Virus record (IMG/VR): IMGVR_UViG_3300005965_000004 | Span: 21,395-85,394 of that record | Reading direction: 5' to 3' (one strand) | Length of the DNA stretch: 64,000 nt | Source of the DNA: a virus | In this document: positions 29,035 through 38,553 of the stretch, one piece after another | How positions within the stretch are numbered: the first letter of the stretch is position 1 | Layout of the letters: every line of letters starts with the position of its first letter | The notes under the pieces: generated by a model | Told to the model about the DNA's origin: nothing | The model's database searches: none | The model's input: only the letters and a program-made list of their open reading frames with translations | Made by a program: the position numbers and the translations under genes

Positions 29035-29976
29035 TCATTTCCTAGGATATTTTTGTGAAATTTCTTCTTCAAGAACAGAAACCTTATTCTGGAAATCTTT
29101 CATGTCGTCACAGAAAAGCCCTGCCGATTTTTCATGCCCCCCACCAATTCCCTTTTCTTTTAGAATTGTTCCCATATTTAAACCTTCAATCTTATGTCTC
29201 ACACTGACTCTACCATGATAAGGGTTTCTAACAAAAACTATGTCATATCCTTCTTCATTCATAAGCTTGTGACATATCTCATTTATGAACTCTTTTGACT
29301 GAACAACACAACCATTTATCTTCTCAAACTCGAATATTTCGAGACTATCATAAAGTCTTTTGAATTCAAAATCTCTTTCCTTCAACCACTTTTCTTCTTC
29401 ATCTGTAAAGTATGTCCTACCGTCAAAAAAGTTATCTCTGAACTTTTTAGGTCTATACAGATAAAACATTACGTCATTTAATTTCTTACTGTCAGGATAT
29501 TTGAGTTCCCACATATCATAATCATTCGTCAATCTAACTATGTCGTCAAGATGACTCAAATCAAGACCATAGTATTTTTCAACGAATTTCTTTGTCAGGT
29601 GCGCTGCGCATTTGTTAGGAACAACATAATGCATTTTGCTGGGGTCATTATAAGACTCTGCTGATTCATGATGGTCAAGTAAAATAATTTTGTCTGACAG
29701 ATATAAGTTTTCCTTTCTATTGGGACTTATATCTGCCAGAAATACAAAATCATATTTGTCATAATCCAGTGATTCAAGAACAGAATCTATTCTGTAAAAT
29801 GATGTATCTATTATGGTAATGTTTTCAAAAACATGACTTAAAATTAACGCACATACGGAACCGTCAAGATCGCAATGGACAATATTCAACACTCTACTGC
29901 TTTTTGGAATTTTCTTCAAAACAAACTCCTTGGATGATTTTATTTTTATTCTATCATCTTTTTGGATGTTTGTCAA
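29035..29976 (-). CDS. DHH-family phosphoesterase
   Basis: HCDLDG, ADIS, LDHH, GGGH. Confidence 0.88.
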   Translation of the reverse strand: MTNIQKDDRIKIKSSKEFVLKKIPKSSRVLNIVHCDLDGSVCALILSHVFENITIIDTSFYRIDSVLESLDYDKYDFVFLADISPNRKENLYLSDKIILLDHHESAESYNDPSKMHYVVPNKCAAHLTKKFVEKYYGLDLSHLDDIVRLTNDYDMWELKYPDSKKLNDVMFYLYRPKKFRDNFFDGRTYFTDEEEKWLKERDFEFKRLYDSLEIFEFEKINGCVVQSKEFINEICHKLMNEEGYDIVFVRNPYHGRVSVRHKIEGLNMGTILKEKGIGGGHEKSAGLFCDDMKDFQNKVSVLEEEISQKYPRK

Positions 29977-29977
29977 G

Positions 29978-31225
29978 TCAAAAGAGTTCAGTAATCATTT
30001 TAACATATTTTTCACTTTCAAGCCATCTACCTTCTTTGTCAAGAATTTGATATTGTTCTTTAATAACTTTATTGTAATTATCTGTTTCTGTCAAATCCCA
30101 AATAATTCTATCTAAATCTTCATATGAAATATTATATGGGACATTAACTGGACAATCATCATAAGGTGATGGAAATTTATCATATTTCGTTCCTTTCCAA
30201 GTATTTCCTATAAAACATGCACCTAAAGCATATGATTCAATAGCCTTAATATTGCTTTTACTGTAGTTAAAATAATTTGGTATAAGTGGTCCAATCATAA
30301 AATCAGGTCTATTAGATTTTATAGGAAGATGGTATTGAAAACTATTCACCCAATTTATAACTTTAAAGTTTGGTTTATTTTTAATACATTCAAAGAAAAA
30401 TGGTAAGCCGCCCATCTGAACAAAATTAATTTTACCATCAATAACATTTTTAATTATCCATTCAGTCCAAACATTATCCATATCACCTTTTAATTTAGTT
30501 TGATTATTATAATGTGTAGGGCTTCCACTCCACAAAAATGTTGGTTTTATAATCTTCTGTTTGATAGGTCTTTTCCTATGAGGTCCCCAAAAATACTGTG
30601 GAACAGCGTTGTATATAGTTCTTATCTCTGGTTTAGTAACACCATGTTCTCTTATGTATTGACCAAGAAAGTCAGTTGACACACAGACAATATCCATCTC
30701 ATTCATGATGTCAAGGGATGCTTGTTGTACTTCCTTTGATATTCCCTGCTTTCCGAAATTATAATCAGGAATTGATTCTCCTTCATCAGGACCTTCCCAG
30801 ATAAAGTCATCTATATCATAGATCATCTTAAAACCGTATTTCTTCTGGGCATCCTTGTACATTTGTATTGCTTTCATATGACCGGGCGCCATAGTTCTCT
30901 GGAAGAATATACTTCTACATCTGAGAAGAACATCATGCTGGAACAACATAACCGGAGAAATGATAACATTAAATTTTCCAGTCTTCCCAAAAATAGAGTT
31001 CAAATATGTCATTGGGAAAATGTTTCTTATATGTCCACATCCGGTTGAGTCAGAAACATATGATATTACAAGGTTCTTTTGAACCTTCATAAGTCTGCCT
31101 TCTTGTGTGGAAATCTCAAAAGATTTATTAGGATTGAGCAGGTGTTGTCTAAAGACTTCAAAATTGCTCGTTGGAAGCTTATTACTCATTTCAAATATCT
31201 CCTTTAACTTCATTGTAGAGGTCAA
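29978..31225 (-). CDS. GT-B glycosyltransferase
   Basis: GCGHIR, FQR, YDIDD, VST, WSGSPTH, PL..NYFNYSKSNIK. Confidence 0.82.
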   Translation of the reverse strand: MTSTMKLKEIFEMSNKLPTSNFEVFRQHLLNPNKSFEISTQEGRLMKVQKNLVISYVSDSTGCGHIRNIFPMTYLNSIFGKTGKFNVIISPVMLFQHDVLLRCRSIFFQRTMAPGHMKAIQMYKDAQKKYGFKMIYDIDDFIWEGPDEGESIPDYNFGKQGISKEVQQASLDIMNEMDIVCVSTDFLGQYIREHGVTKPEIRTIYNAVPQYFWGPHRKRPIKQKIIKPTFLWSGSPTHYNNQTKLKGDMDNVWTEWIIKNVIDGKINFVQMGGLPFFFECIKNKPNFKVINWVNSFQYHLPIKSNRPDFMIGPLIPNYFNYSKSNIKAIESYALGACFIGNTWKGTKYDKFPSPYDDCPVNVPYNISYEDLDRIIWDLTETDNYNKVIKEQYQILDKEGRWLESEKYVKMITELF

Positions 31226-32231
31226 TCAACGTGTCATAAATTTCCTCTTTATTTCCAATATCAAGACTATCTATATATTCTCTCATCAAGTCAACCATCG
31301 AACCGATATTGTAGTTTTCTAAATCTATCACTCCGTTTAGTTCAGAGTTGTTATCAACAAAAATGTTTGGAGTCATTGCCGGACAATGTTCTTCTATCTT
31401 CTTAACATATTTATCAATTTCTTTTTCATTGTATGTTTCATCATATGATATGTGAATATCAACAATGTTATTGTGAACTTTCTTTTTAGAGAACTTCTCT
31501 GGAAACTTTAACTTTATGTACTTTAATGAGACTTCATTGTCAACGAACTTATGTTCCATTTTGGATAAGTCAAGAATAGTAAAACCTCTATTCTCATCAA
31601 TGTCATTTCTAGTAAGTTGGTAAGGTGATCCTATATAAACAATATCACTACCATAAAGAGTTTGAGAATTTCTTATATGAAAATGCCCTGTGAAAACCTT
31701 TTGACATTTTCCGAAAAGCTTACTATGTAAACCATCATCGCTTCTCTTGAATTTATTAAAGTGAAATCCCTTGATATTGAAGTGTCCAAAACATACATCG
31801 CATTTTCTTTTGCTAAACTCCCTGACGAACTTAACATTGTCAACGATCCAAGGAACCATAACTATGTTCTTGTTATCAATCTCTATGCTTGTAATTTTCT
31901 CTATGAGCGTAACATTGTTAAATTCGTCAAGAAACTTAAGGGAGTTGACCTCGACAGAACTATTGAAATAACAATCATGATTACCGACTAGAACGTAAAC
32001 TTTGAAATCTGAAAAATGATTTTTGAAAACTTCATAAACAGCATTCATAACTTTGGTATTCGTACTGCTCCTATTATCAAAAACATCACCTAAAACAAAC
32101 AGATATTCTATACCATTATCTTTAAGATAAGGTACTAACTGTTCTGTAATAAACCTTGTCTGACTATTTAGAAACACTTCAGAATTTTTACGAACTCCAA
32201 AGTGTAAATCGCTAACTAAGCATACACGCAT
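31191..32231 (-). CDS. gp47: Recombination endonuclease (Mre11/SbcD-like)
   Basis: SDLHFG, GDVFD, GNHD, GHFH, YIGSP. Confidence 0.95.
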   Translation of the reverse strand: MRVCLVSDLHFGVRKNSEVFLNSQTRFITEQLVPYLKDNGIEYLFVLGDVFDNRSSTNTKVMNAVYEVFKNHFSDFKVYVLVGNHDCYFNSSVEVNSLKFLDEFNNVTLIEKITSIEIDNKNIVMVPWIVDNVKFVREFSKRKCDVCFGHFNIKGFHFNKFKRSDDGLHSKLFGKCQKVFTGHFHIRNSQTLYGSDIVYIGSPYQLTRNDIDENRGFTILDLSKMEHKFVDNEVSLKYIKLKFPEKFSKKKVHNNIVDIHISYDETYNEKEIDKYVKKIEEHCPAMTPNIFVDNNSELNGVIDLENYNIGSMVDLMREYIDSLDIGNKEEIYDTLIDLYNEVKGDI

Positions 32232-32253
32232 ATTGCCTCCAATTTTTTCAACC

Positions 32254-32619
32254 TTAAATCAAGTTGTCAGCGGTGTCGGCATTATCAATATATTCTATAC
32301 TCGTAAATATGTCATCTCTCCTGTTGTAATCATTTATATTCTGTAGAAAAGCATTTCTTGCGATCATAGTGAAGTACGCAAATGGATTCTTTCTTTCAAG
32401 ATTGAATTTGTCAACATACCTACACATGTAGTAGACTGCGTCTGATACCATCTCATCTTTTCTGTCTTGAGTGTAGTTGATAAAATTAGCTCTATTTAGT
32501 AAATTTTGAGCAATTAAAAGAAAACAATTACCAATCTTCTCATAAGTCCTTTTTGATTTATTTTCTCTGTATTCCTTTAACAAAGAATAAAATTCTTTGT
32601 TATTTACATATTCAGCCAT
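32254..32619 (-). CDS. gp55: Late-transcription sigma factor
   Basis: YVNNKEF, NFINYT, NPFAYFT. Start taken at MAEY. Confidence 0.92.
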   Translation of the reverse strand: MAEYVNNKEFYSLLKEYRENKSKRTYEKIGNCFLLIAQNLLNRANFINYTQDRKDEMVSDAVYYMCRYVDKFNLERKNPFAYFTMIARNAFLQNINDYNRRDDIFTSIEYIDNADTADNLI

Positions 32620-32620
32620 T

Positions 32621-34396
32621 TTAATCCCCCTTAATTTTAACAACCTCGGAGAAGTTGTTATTGTTCTTTTTAATACTAATACAATTCTTGAACTGAGAAT
32701 TGTAATCCTGTTGTAATCTATGAGATATGATGTAAATGCTCAGGTCATTTGAGTCATAAGTCATATTTTTTAGACTTCCCACTAACTTTTCTAATCCATT
32801 CTCGTCTATAGCACTGTCAAGAAGTTCATCTATAATCAGTAAATTACAATTCCAATTTGATATGGTTTTTGTTATGCTTATGAACGAAAGTAAAATTGAC
32901 ATATCGATTCTCTTCTTTTCACCCTCAGAATAAGAATAGTATGAAATCTCATTGTTGAGATTGTCAAGATTTGTTATTTTTTCGTTCATCAACTCATCAA
33001 ATTGAAGCACAACAGGAAGTTCAAACATCTTAATGTACTCGTTTATTTTACTGTTGAGAATTGGTATAAGCTTCTTGAAGAAGTAAGCCTTTATACCACT
33101 TTCAGAAAGAATATTTTGAACAATATCATTATTCTTCAAGTCCTTCTTTATCTTTTTAGTTTCACTCCAAAGAACTCTATACTCCTGTTTTTTCTCTTCA
33201 AACTCATCCTTTATGCTACTCAAATTAAAGTCAATTTCTCTATTGAGAATTTCATTTCTTCTGGCTTCTGAAGAAGCTAGTTCTCTATCTATCATTTCAA
33301 GTTTGCTTTGAACATTGTCTCTTTTGAACTGATTATCATTCAGCTCTTTCAAATACCCTTCTTGAGATGATATCTCATCTTCAATGGCTAATCTATCAGA
33401 TTTTAGCTTACTTATTTCAGATTTTTTGTCAGAAACAATTTTCTTCAATCTTTTTATTTCTTTGTCTCTATGATCTGGAGTGATCTCTGTTTTACACCAG
33501 GGACATACAGTATGCTCGTTCATCGAGGTTATCATTTCTTCCGATGACCTGGACTCGTATTCACTTTCGTTAAGATTTTTAATTACTTTATCTCTTCTGT
33601 CTTTCAGGTCTTTTAGAATATCTTCATCGAATTTAGAGTTCTCTATCGATAAGTTAACTAATTCAATTTCTTCACAAAGCTCTAGCTTTTCTTTGAAAAA
33701 TCTTCTAATTCTATCGTCATTTGCTCTTAAATCGTTGTCTTTATTCGTTTGGAAATTATTCTGAGCTTCTGTCAACTCGACGACTCTCTTTCTAAGAGAT
33801 TTTAAATGTTGCTCAAGTAAAGCAATAACTCTATCATTGGCTTCATTCTTTGCTTTTATATCAGCATTTTTCTTCTTGAGAACTTTAAGCATCTGTCCAA
33901 ATACGACGATGTTAAAAATCTGCTCAACTATATCTCTCTTTTCCCAAAGCTGTAAAGAAAGGAATGGTTTGTTGTAGTTGACTGCGAGGGAAATAACCTG
34001 CTTGAACATTTGATAGTTTATTCCAATGATTTTGTCAATTTCTTCTTGGTTCAGTCTCTTGGATGAAAGAAGTTCTAATTTTTCTCCATTCTTTAAGATT
34101 TCTATTTTGTCAGGATTTAAGCTTCTTGTTATCACGTAATTGTCTCTTTCATCAACCATGAATTCACATGTAACTTTTAGGTTCTTTTTGTTCTTTCGAT
34201 TGACAAGCTCTTTTATTTTAATTTTTCTGTATGGTTGACCGAATAGACAAAACGAAAGAGAATCGAGAATGGCTGATTTACCAGAACCATTCTTTCCAGA
34301 AATGAGATTGACTCCATGGTCAAAGCTGACAGTTGTTGGAGTCGCACCGAAAGAGAGTATATTTTGAAATGTCAATTTATTAAACTTAACTACCAT
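32621..34396 (-). CDS. gp46: Recombination ATPase (Rad50/SbcC-like)
   Basis: GKNGSGKS, CPWC hook, SEGEKKRID, IDE, ISH. Confidence 0.95.
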   Translation of the reverse strand: MVVKFNKLTFQNILSFGATPTTVSFDHGVNLISGKNGSGKSAILDSLSFCLFGQPYRKIKIKELVNRKNKKNLKVTCEFMVDERDNYVITRSLNPDKIEILKNGEKLELLSSKRLNQEEIDKIIGINYQMFKQVISLAVNYNKPFLSLQLWEKRDIVEQIFNIVVFGQMLKVLKKKNADIKAKNEANDRVIALLEQHLKSLRKRVVELTEAQNNFQTNKDNDLRANDDRIRRFFKEKLELCEEIELVNLSIENSKFDEDILKDLKDRRDKVIKNLNESEYESRSSEEMITSMNEHTVCPWCKTEITPDHRDKEIKRLKKIVSDKKSEISKLKSDRLAIEDEISSQEGYLKELNDNQFKRDNVQSKLEMIDRELASSEARRNEILNREIDFNLSSIKDEFEEKKQEYRVLWSETKKIKKDLKNNDIVQNILSESGIKAYFFKKLIPILNSKINEYIKMFELPVVLQFDELMNEKITNLDNLNNEISYYSYSEGEKKRIDMSILLSFISITKTISNWNCNLLIIDELLDSAIDENGLEKLVGSLKNMTYDSNDLSIYIISHRLQQDYNSQFKNCISIKKNNNNFSEVVKIKGD

Positions 34397-34440
34397 CTAA
34401 TCTCCCAATGTTAATAAAGCCGTTTACAAATTCCAATTAG

Positions 34441-34469
34441 ATTGTAACATGTTACTCTTGAAATGTCAA
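34441..34469 (-). promoter_or_regulatory. sigma70 promoter upstream of gp46
   Basis: TTGACA-17-TACAAT with TGn extension. Confidence 0.7.
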
Positions 34470-34541
34470 CCATTTTCTAAAGTATTTTTTATAGCCTTAA
34501 CCATTTTAATAAAAATAGGTTATATATAAATATATATATAT

Positions 34542-34731
34542 ACTAGGTCTTTAAAGGACCTAGTACTAGGCCCTAGAGGGACCTAGGCCCAGGCCCTAAA
34601 GGGACCTAGGCCTAGAATAACCCTAAAGGACCTAGGCCTAGAATAACCCTAAAGGACCTAGGCCTAGAATAACCCTAAAGGACCTAGGCCTAGAATAACC
34701 CTAAAGGACCTAGGCCTAGAATAACCCTAAA
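34542..34731. repeat. 26-bp tandem repeat (5 perfect copies) plus degenerate palindromic copies; candidate origin
   Basis: GGACCTAGGCCTAGAATAACCCTAAA x5 at 34602-34731, ACTAGGTC/GACCTAGT inverted repeat at 34542-34564, AT tract to the left. Confidence 0.9.
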
Positions 34732-34793
34732 GGGCTCTGAAAGCAAACCGCTTCGCGGTTCGTTTATGTTTACTCAAGATAAAGGAGTTTATT

Positions 34794-35201
34794 ATGAAGA
34801 ATGAAGATTTTCAGAAGTTGAAAAATTTTGTTGAAAAGGAACTGAAAATTGAAGAAAGCAATGTAATGGAAAAATCAATCCAACTTTCAAATCTCTACAC
34901 AAAATTTTTACAAATTTACACTAGAGAATTAAAAAATTTAAAATCAAAACATCATGAAAAAGCTAAAACTTATGGGGAACTTTATCACCATTATAAATTT
35001 AAATTCGATTATCAATTAGACACAAAGGCAGAAGTAGAAGCTTACATAAGAGCAGATGACAAATATTATCAAATCGCATTGGAATATTCCAATCTTGAGG
35101 TACAAGTTAAGTATTTGGAGCAAATCCTGGAACAGATAAATAATCTTGGTTTTAGAATAAAAAATTACATTGACTTGAAGAAAATCTCACTTGGATATTA
35201 A
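34794..35201 (+). CDS. uvsY: Recombination mediator
   Basis: Helical 135 aa, YIRADD, GFRIKNYID, upstream of uvsW. Confidence 0.85.
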   Translation: MKNEDFQKLKNFVEKELKIEESNVMEKSIQLSNLYTKFLQIYTRELKNLKSKHHEKAKTYGELYHHYKFKFDYQLDTKAEVEAYIRADDKYYQIALEYSNLEVQVKYLEQILEQINNLGFRIKNYIDLKKISLGY

Positions 35202-35212
35202 GGAATTTCTAA

Positions 35213-37042
35213 ATGAATAATATACTTGAAGTTGAAAAGTTGAACGAAGTATATGTACAAATAAGAAATTTGGATAAAGGCTCTGCTTTAGAACTAAAAG
35301 AATTTCTGTCGTGCTACATAGATAATTATTGGTTTCATCCTTTAGTAAGATCAAAGCAATGGGATGGGCGTGTTTCATTTTTCAATTGGAATGAGCAGAC
35401 AATACCAATAGGACTTCTTCCACAATTTGTAAAGTTTTGTAGAAAATTCGACTATGAATACAAGCTCAACTTCAGTAAAGAAGAAATTGTAAATGACATT
35501 TCAGAAGATGATTTTGAAGAGTTTTACGAAGCAATTTTCAAAGAATCGTCATTCTCACCAAGAGACTATCAGGATGATTGTATCAAAAAAGCACTAAGAA
35601 TAAAAAGAGGAGTCATAGAGTCTCCTACAGGTTCGGGCAAGTCTCTAATTATTTACTCAATGATAAGATTTATAATGGGAACATCAGAAGGTAAAATATT
35701 ACTGATAGTTCCAAATATATCTCTTGTAAATCAGATGTTCAATGACTTCAAAGAATATGGATGGAACCAAGTAGAAACTTACTGTTCACTGGTTTTTCAT
35801 AAGAGTAAAAAAATCAACTGGGATTGTCCTATAATAATTTCAACATGGCAATCCATTTATAAAAAAGGATCAAGCTTTTTTGATAAATTTGGTTCTGTCA
35901 TAGTCGATGAATGTTTACACCCATCAACAATAATAACAATGTCGGATGGTAGTAAAAAAAGAATTGATGAAATTAAAGTTGGTGAAAAAATTTTAAGTTA
36001 TAACTTAGATAAAAAAATATTAGAAACTGATGAAGTTATTAAAGTTTATGAAAATTTACAAAAATCTTCACAAGAAGAAATGCATGAATTAGAATTTGAT
36101 AATGGTATTAAAATTCAAGTAACAGGTAATCATAAAATTTTAACAAAAAATAGAGGGTATATTAGAGCTGATGAAATTAATGAAAAAGATGATGTAATTT
36201 TTATTGACAATATTGAAAAAATTATAAATAGTAATATAGAAAACAAAATTAAAAATTATATGAAATTAGTAAAAAGAAATTTAATTGAAAAAAGTGAAAA
36301 GGTTTTTAATCTTCATGTTAAAAATAATAATAATTATTTTGCCAATGGTATATGTGTTTCAAATTGTCATGGAGCTAAGTCAAATTCCATAAGAACATGT
36401 TTAGAAAAGTGTGTGAATGCCGATTACAGAATAGGATTGACAGGTACAATGCCAGATCAGAAGCTTGACAGTTTCACAATTTTTGGATATTTGGGTCCTA
36501 AAATTTTCGAAATGAAAAGCTCCGAACTCATTGAGAAAGGAATTCTATCCAAGATAAAGATCGCTAATATTGTCATAAAATATCCTAAGGATATCATTGA
36601 CAGATATTGGCGCGACTCAGACGATGGTAACATAAAACAAAATGACTACAATGAAGAGTTGAACGACATTTACGAATTTGAGGAAAGAAATAAAGTATTC
36701 AACTACATCATAGATAAGCTTGACAAATCACAAAATATATTGATACTTTGTCATAAAATAAGTCATTTGAAAGATATCAAGAAGTATCTTGAGGATAACT
36801 TTCCATCGTATGATATTCATGAGATATATGGAAAAACAGCGGCAGATGAGAGAGAAAGAATAAGACAATTATTGGACGAAAGTAAAATCAAAATATTTTT
36901 AGACGAAGATTCATATATTGTTGTCAATAAAAAAGATAAAGTTAAACTTACAAACGGTCAAATTAAAACTGGAGCAAATATTAACATAAATGATGATATT
37001 GATGATAATTGGATAAAAAGCAAAAAAGTTTTCAAGAAATAA
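35213..37042 (+). CDS. uvsW: UvsW helicase, N-terminal piece with mini-intein
   Basis: WDGRV, PRDYQ, SPTGSGKS, DE|CH, GLTGT. Ends before motifs V/VI. Confidence 0.92.
   Translation: MNNILEVEKLNEVYVQIRNLDKGSALELKEFLSCYIDNYWFHPLVRSKQWDGRVSFFNWNEQTIPIGLLPQFVKFCRKFDYEYKLNFSKEEIVNDISEDDFEEFYEAIFKESSFSPRDYQDDCIKKALRIKRGVIESPTGSGKSLIIYSMIRFIMGTSEGKILLIVPNISLVNQMFNDFKEYGWNQVETYCSLVFHKSKKINWDCPIIISTWQSIYKKGSSFFDKFGSVIVDECLHPSTIITMSDGSKKRIDEIKVGEKILSYNLDKKILETDEVIKVYENLQKSSQEEMHELEFDNGIKIQVTGNHKILTKNRGYIRADEINEKDDVIFIDNIEKIINSNIENKIKNYMKLVKRNLIEKSEKVFNLHVKNNNNYFANGICVSNCHGAKSNSIRTCLEKCVNADYRIGLTGTMPDQKLDSFTIFGYLGPKIFEMKSSELIEKGILSKIKIANIVIKYPKDIIDRYWRDSDDGNIKQNDYNEELNDIYEFEERNKVFNYIIDKLDKSQNILILCHKISHLKDIKKYLEDNFPSYDIHEIYGKTAADERERIRQLLDESKIKIFLDEDSYIVVNKKDKVKLTNGQIKTGANININDDIDDNWIKSKKVFKK
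35912..36364 (+). mobile_element. Mini-intein (151 aa) in the UvsW DExH motif
   Basis: CLHPSTII (block A), VTGNHKILT (block B), VFNLHV...NYFANGICVSN|C. Penultimate residue is Ser. Confidence 0.92.
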
Positions 37043-37052
37043 GGAAAAAATT

Positions 37053-37413
37053 ATGAAGCCAAAAAAAATAGAGGAAATTAAAAGTCCCGGCCATATATTG
37101 GTCGGGACTTATTAGCTAAGCTACGTTAAGTACTGGTATAAATATTAAAAGACTACATCATGTCATTTTTGCGTCAAGTTATAGGTCTAAAATAAAAATT
37201 CTCCAAAGTATAGGTCGTGGTCTTAGAAAACATGAGACAAAAAGCAGGCTTATTGTTTGGGATATCGTAGATGACCTTACTTGGATAAATGTTTGGGGTG
37301 ATAAGGAAGTTAAACATATCAACCATGTTTATAAACATTGGTATGATAGACTTCAGTATTATAAAAATCAAGGATTTGAGTTTTTGACCAAAAGAATAAA
37401 TATATGTGATTAG
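37053..37413 (+). CDS. uvsW: UvsW C-terminal piece, interrupted by a 7-nt insertion with TAG
   Basis: MKPKKIEEIKSPGHILVGTY, then TAGCTAA, then ATLSTGINIKRLHHVIFAS...LQSIGRGLR...WDIVDD. Confidence 0.8.
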
Positions 37414-37906
37414 GCATACAGGATCAGATTTTAAGAAACAATTTGTTTTTGAGGCAATGTCAGGAGAAGAGAAATTTAGAGATGTTAGAGGAAAGGCAAA
37501 TTTCATGTTAGCCGCTCCTTATGATGGAAGTTTTATAAACTTCAAGAATATGAGAAAAGTTAATCTTGACAAAATAGTTCCTCAAATAAAGTTATATGTA
37601 TCATTTAAGTCCGCTGGTTCACTACCTTGGTCTGTTATAAGAGCGGAACAGCCTATATTTGCTGATTCTGTTGAGTATGGAAGTACATTGAGGTACTTTG
37701 AGGAAAAGGCTGAAGAAATAGGTATAGACCATAAAACATTGAATGAGGGTATTATTGGTGAAGGATTATTAGATTGGTTCAAAAAGATATTTAATATCAT
37801 TAAGGACGCTATTAAGAAGGGTATTGAATATATTATGAAGTTATTCGCAATTGAACCAGAAATAGAAAATCTAAACCAGGATAATATAAATTTTCTTGAA
37901 GCTTAA
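37406..37906 (+). CDS. Hypothetical protein, possibly N-truncated
   Basis: GTG start overlapping uvsW with no clear RBS. Contains LNEG/GEGLLD motifs. Confidence 0.45.
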   Translation: MIRHTGSDFKKQFVFEAMSGEEKFRDVRGKANFMLAAPYDGSFINFKNMRKVNLDKIVPQIKLYVSFKSAGSLPWSVIRAEQPIFADSVEYGSTLRYFEEKAEEIGIDHKTLNEGIIGEGLLDWFKKIFNIIKDAIKKGIEYIMKLFAIEPEIENLNQDNINFLEA

Positions 37907-37915
37907 GGAACAACA

Positions 37916-38536
37916 ATGAATTTTGAGGAATATTATTTGAGAGAAGATTTAGAAGAACCGGAAGACTCTGTTGAAGAGCCAGAGGACGACTATGGATTGG
38001 ACTTTGTGGATGATGAAAAGTTTACAACGGATGAAATAGAAGTTGAAGAAATTCCAGACTTGTCAGACCCAATACTAAATGCTGATGAATTCATGAAATC
38101 TAATTCAGAAGTAATGAGTCATTACGCAAAAGGTAAGGGCTTCGAAGTTATTGATAATCAAGATTTGTATGAAGTTGTTAAGACCGTCAAGGATATGACA
38201 GACAAACATCTTTACTTTAGAGACATGACGTGGAAAGTAAATATAGATCATGGTAAGGCAAAGTTTATATTTAAGATAGGAGATGATGAATCAGCTAATG
38301 AGAATGATTTCTTTCTTCAAGGAGTCAAGAGATATGTGATTTCCGAACTTTGGAAGAAGTACGGTCCTTTATATGATGTTGACACTGAGTTTTCGAAGGA
38401 TGTCGAAGGTAAAGACCTAATGATATTGACTGTGGATAAGAATGAGGAAGAGAGGAGAAAAAGGTTAGAAAAGATTCCTGCCGGTGCTCCCGATAGCGCA
38501 TCTTTTATAACCAAATCATCAGTGTCGAGGATGTAA
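37916..38536 (+). CDS. Hypothetical acidic protein, possible head-associated
   Basis: Starts MNFEEYYLRE, EEPED repeats. Confidence 0.6.
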   Translation: MNFEEYYLREDLEEPEDSVEEPEDDYGLDFVDDEKFTTDEIEVEEIPDLSDPILNADEFMKSNSEVMSHYAKGKGFEVIDNQDLYEVVKTVKDMTDKHLYFRDMTWKVNIDHGKAKFIFKIGDDESANENDFFLQGVKRYVISELWKKYGPLYDVDTEFSKDVEGKDLMILTVDKNEEERRKRLEKIPAGAPDSASFITKSSVSRM

Positions 38537-38553
38537 TTATAAAGGAGGAGAGG

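Noticed and set aside
34602-34731. CRISPR array
   Set aside because: Units are directly adjacent and identical, with no spacers and no cas genes.
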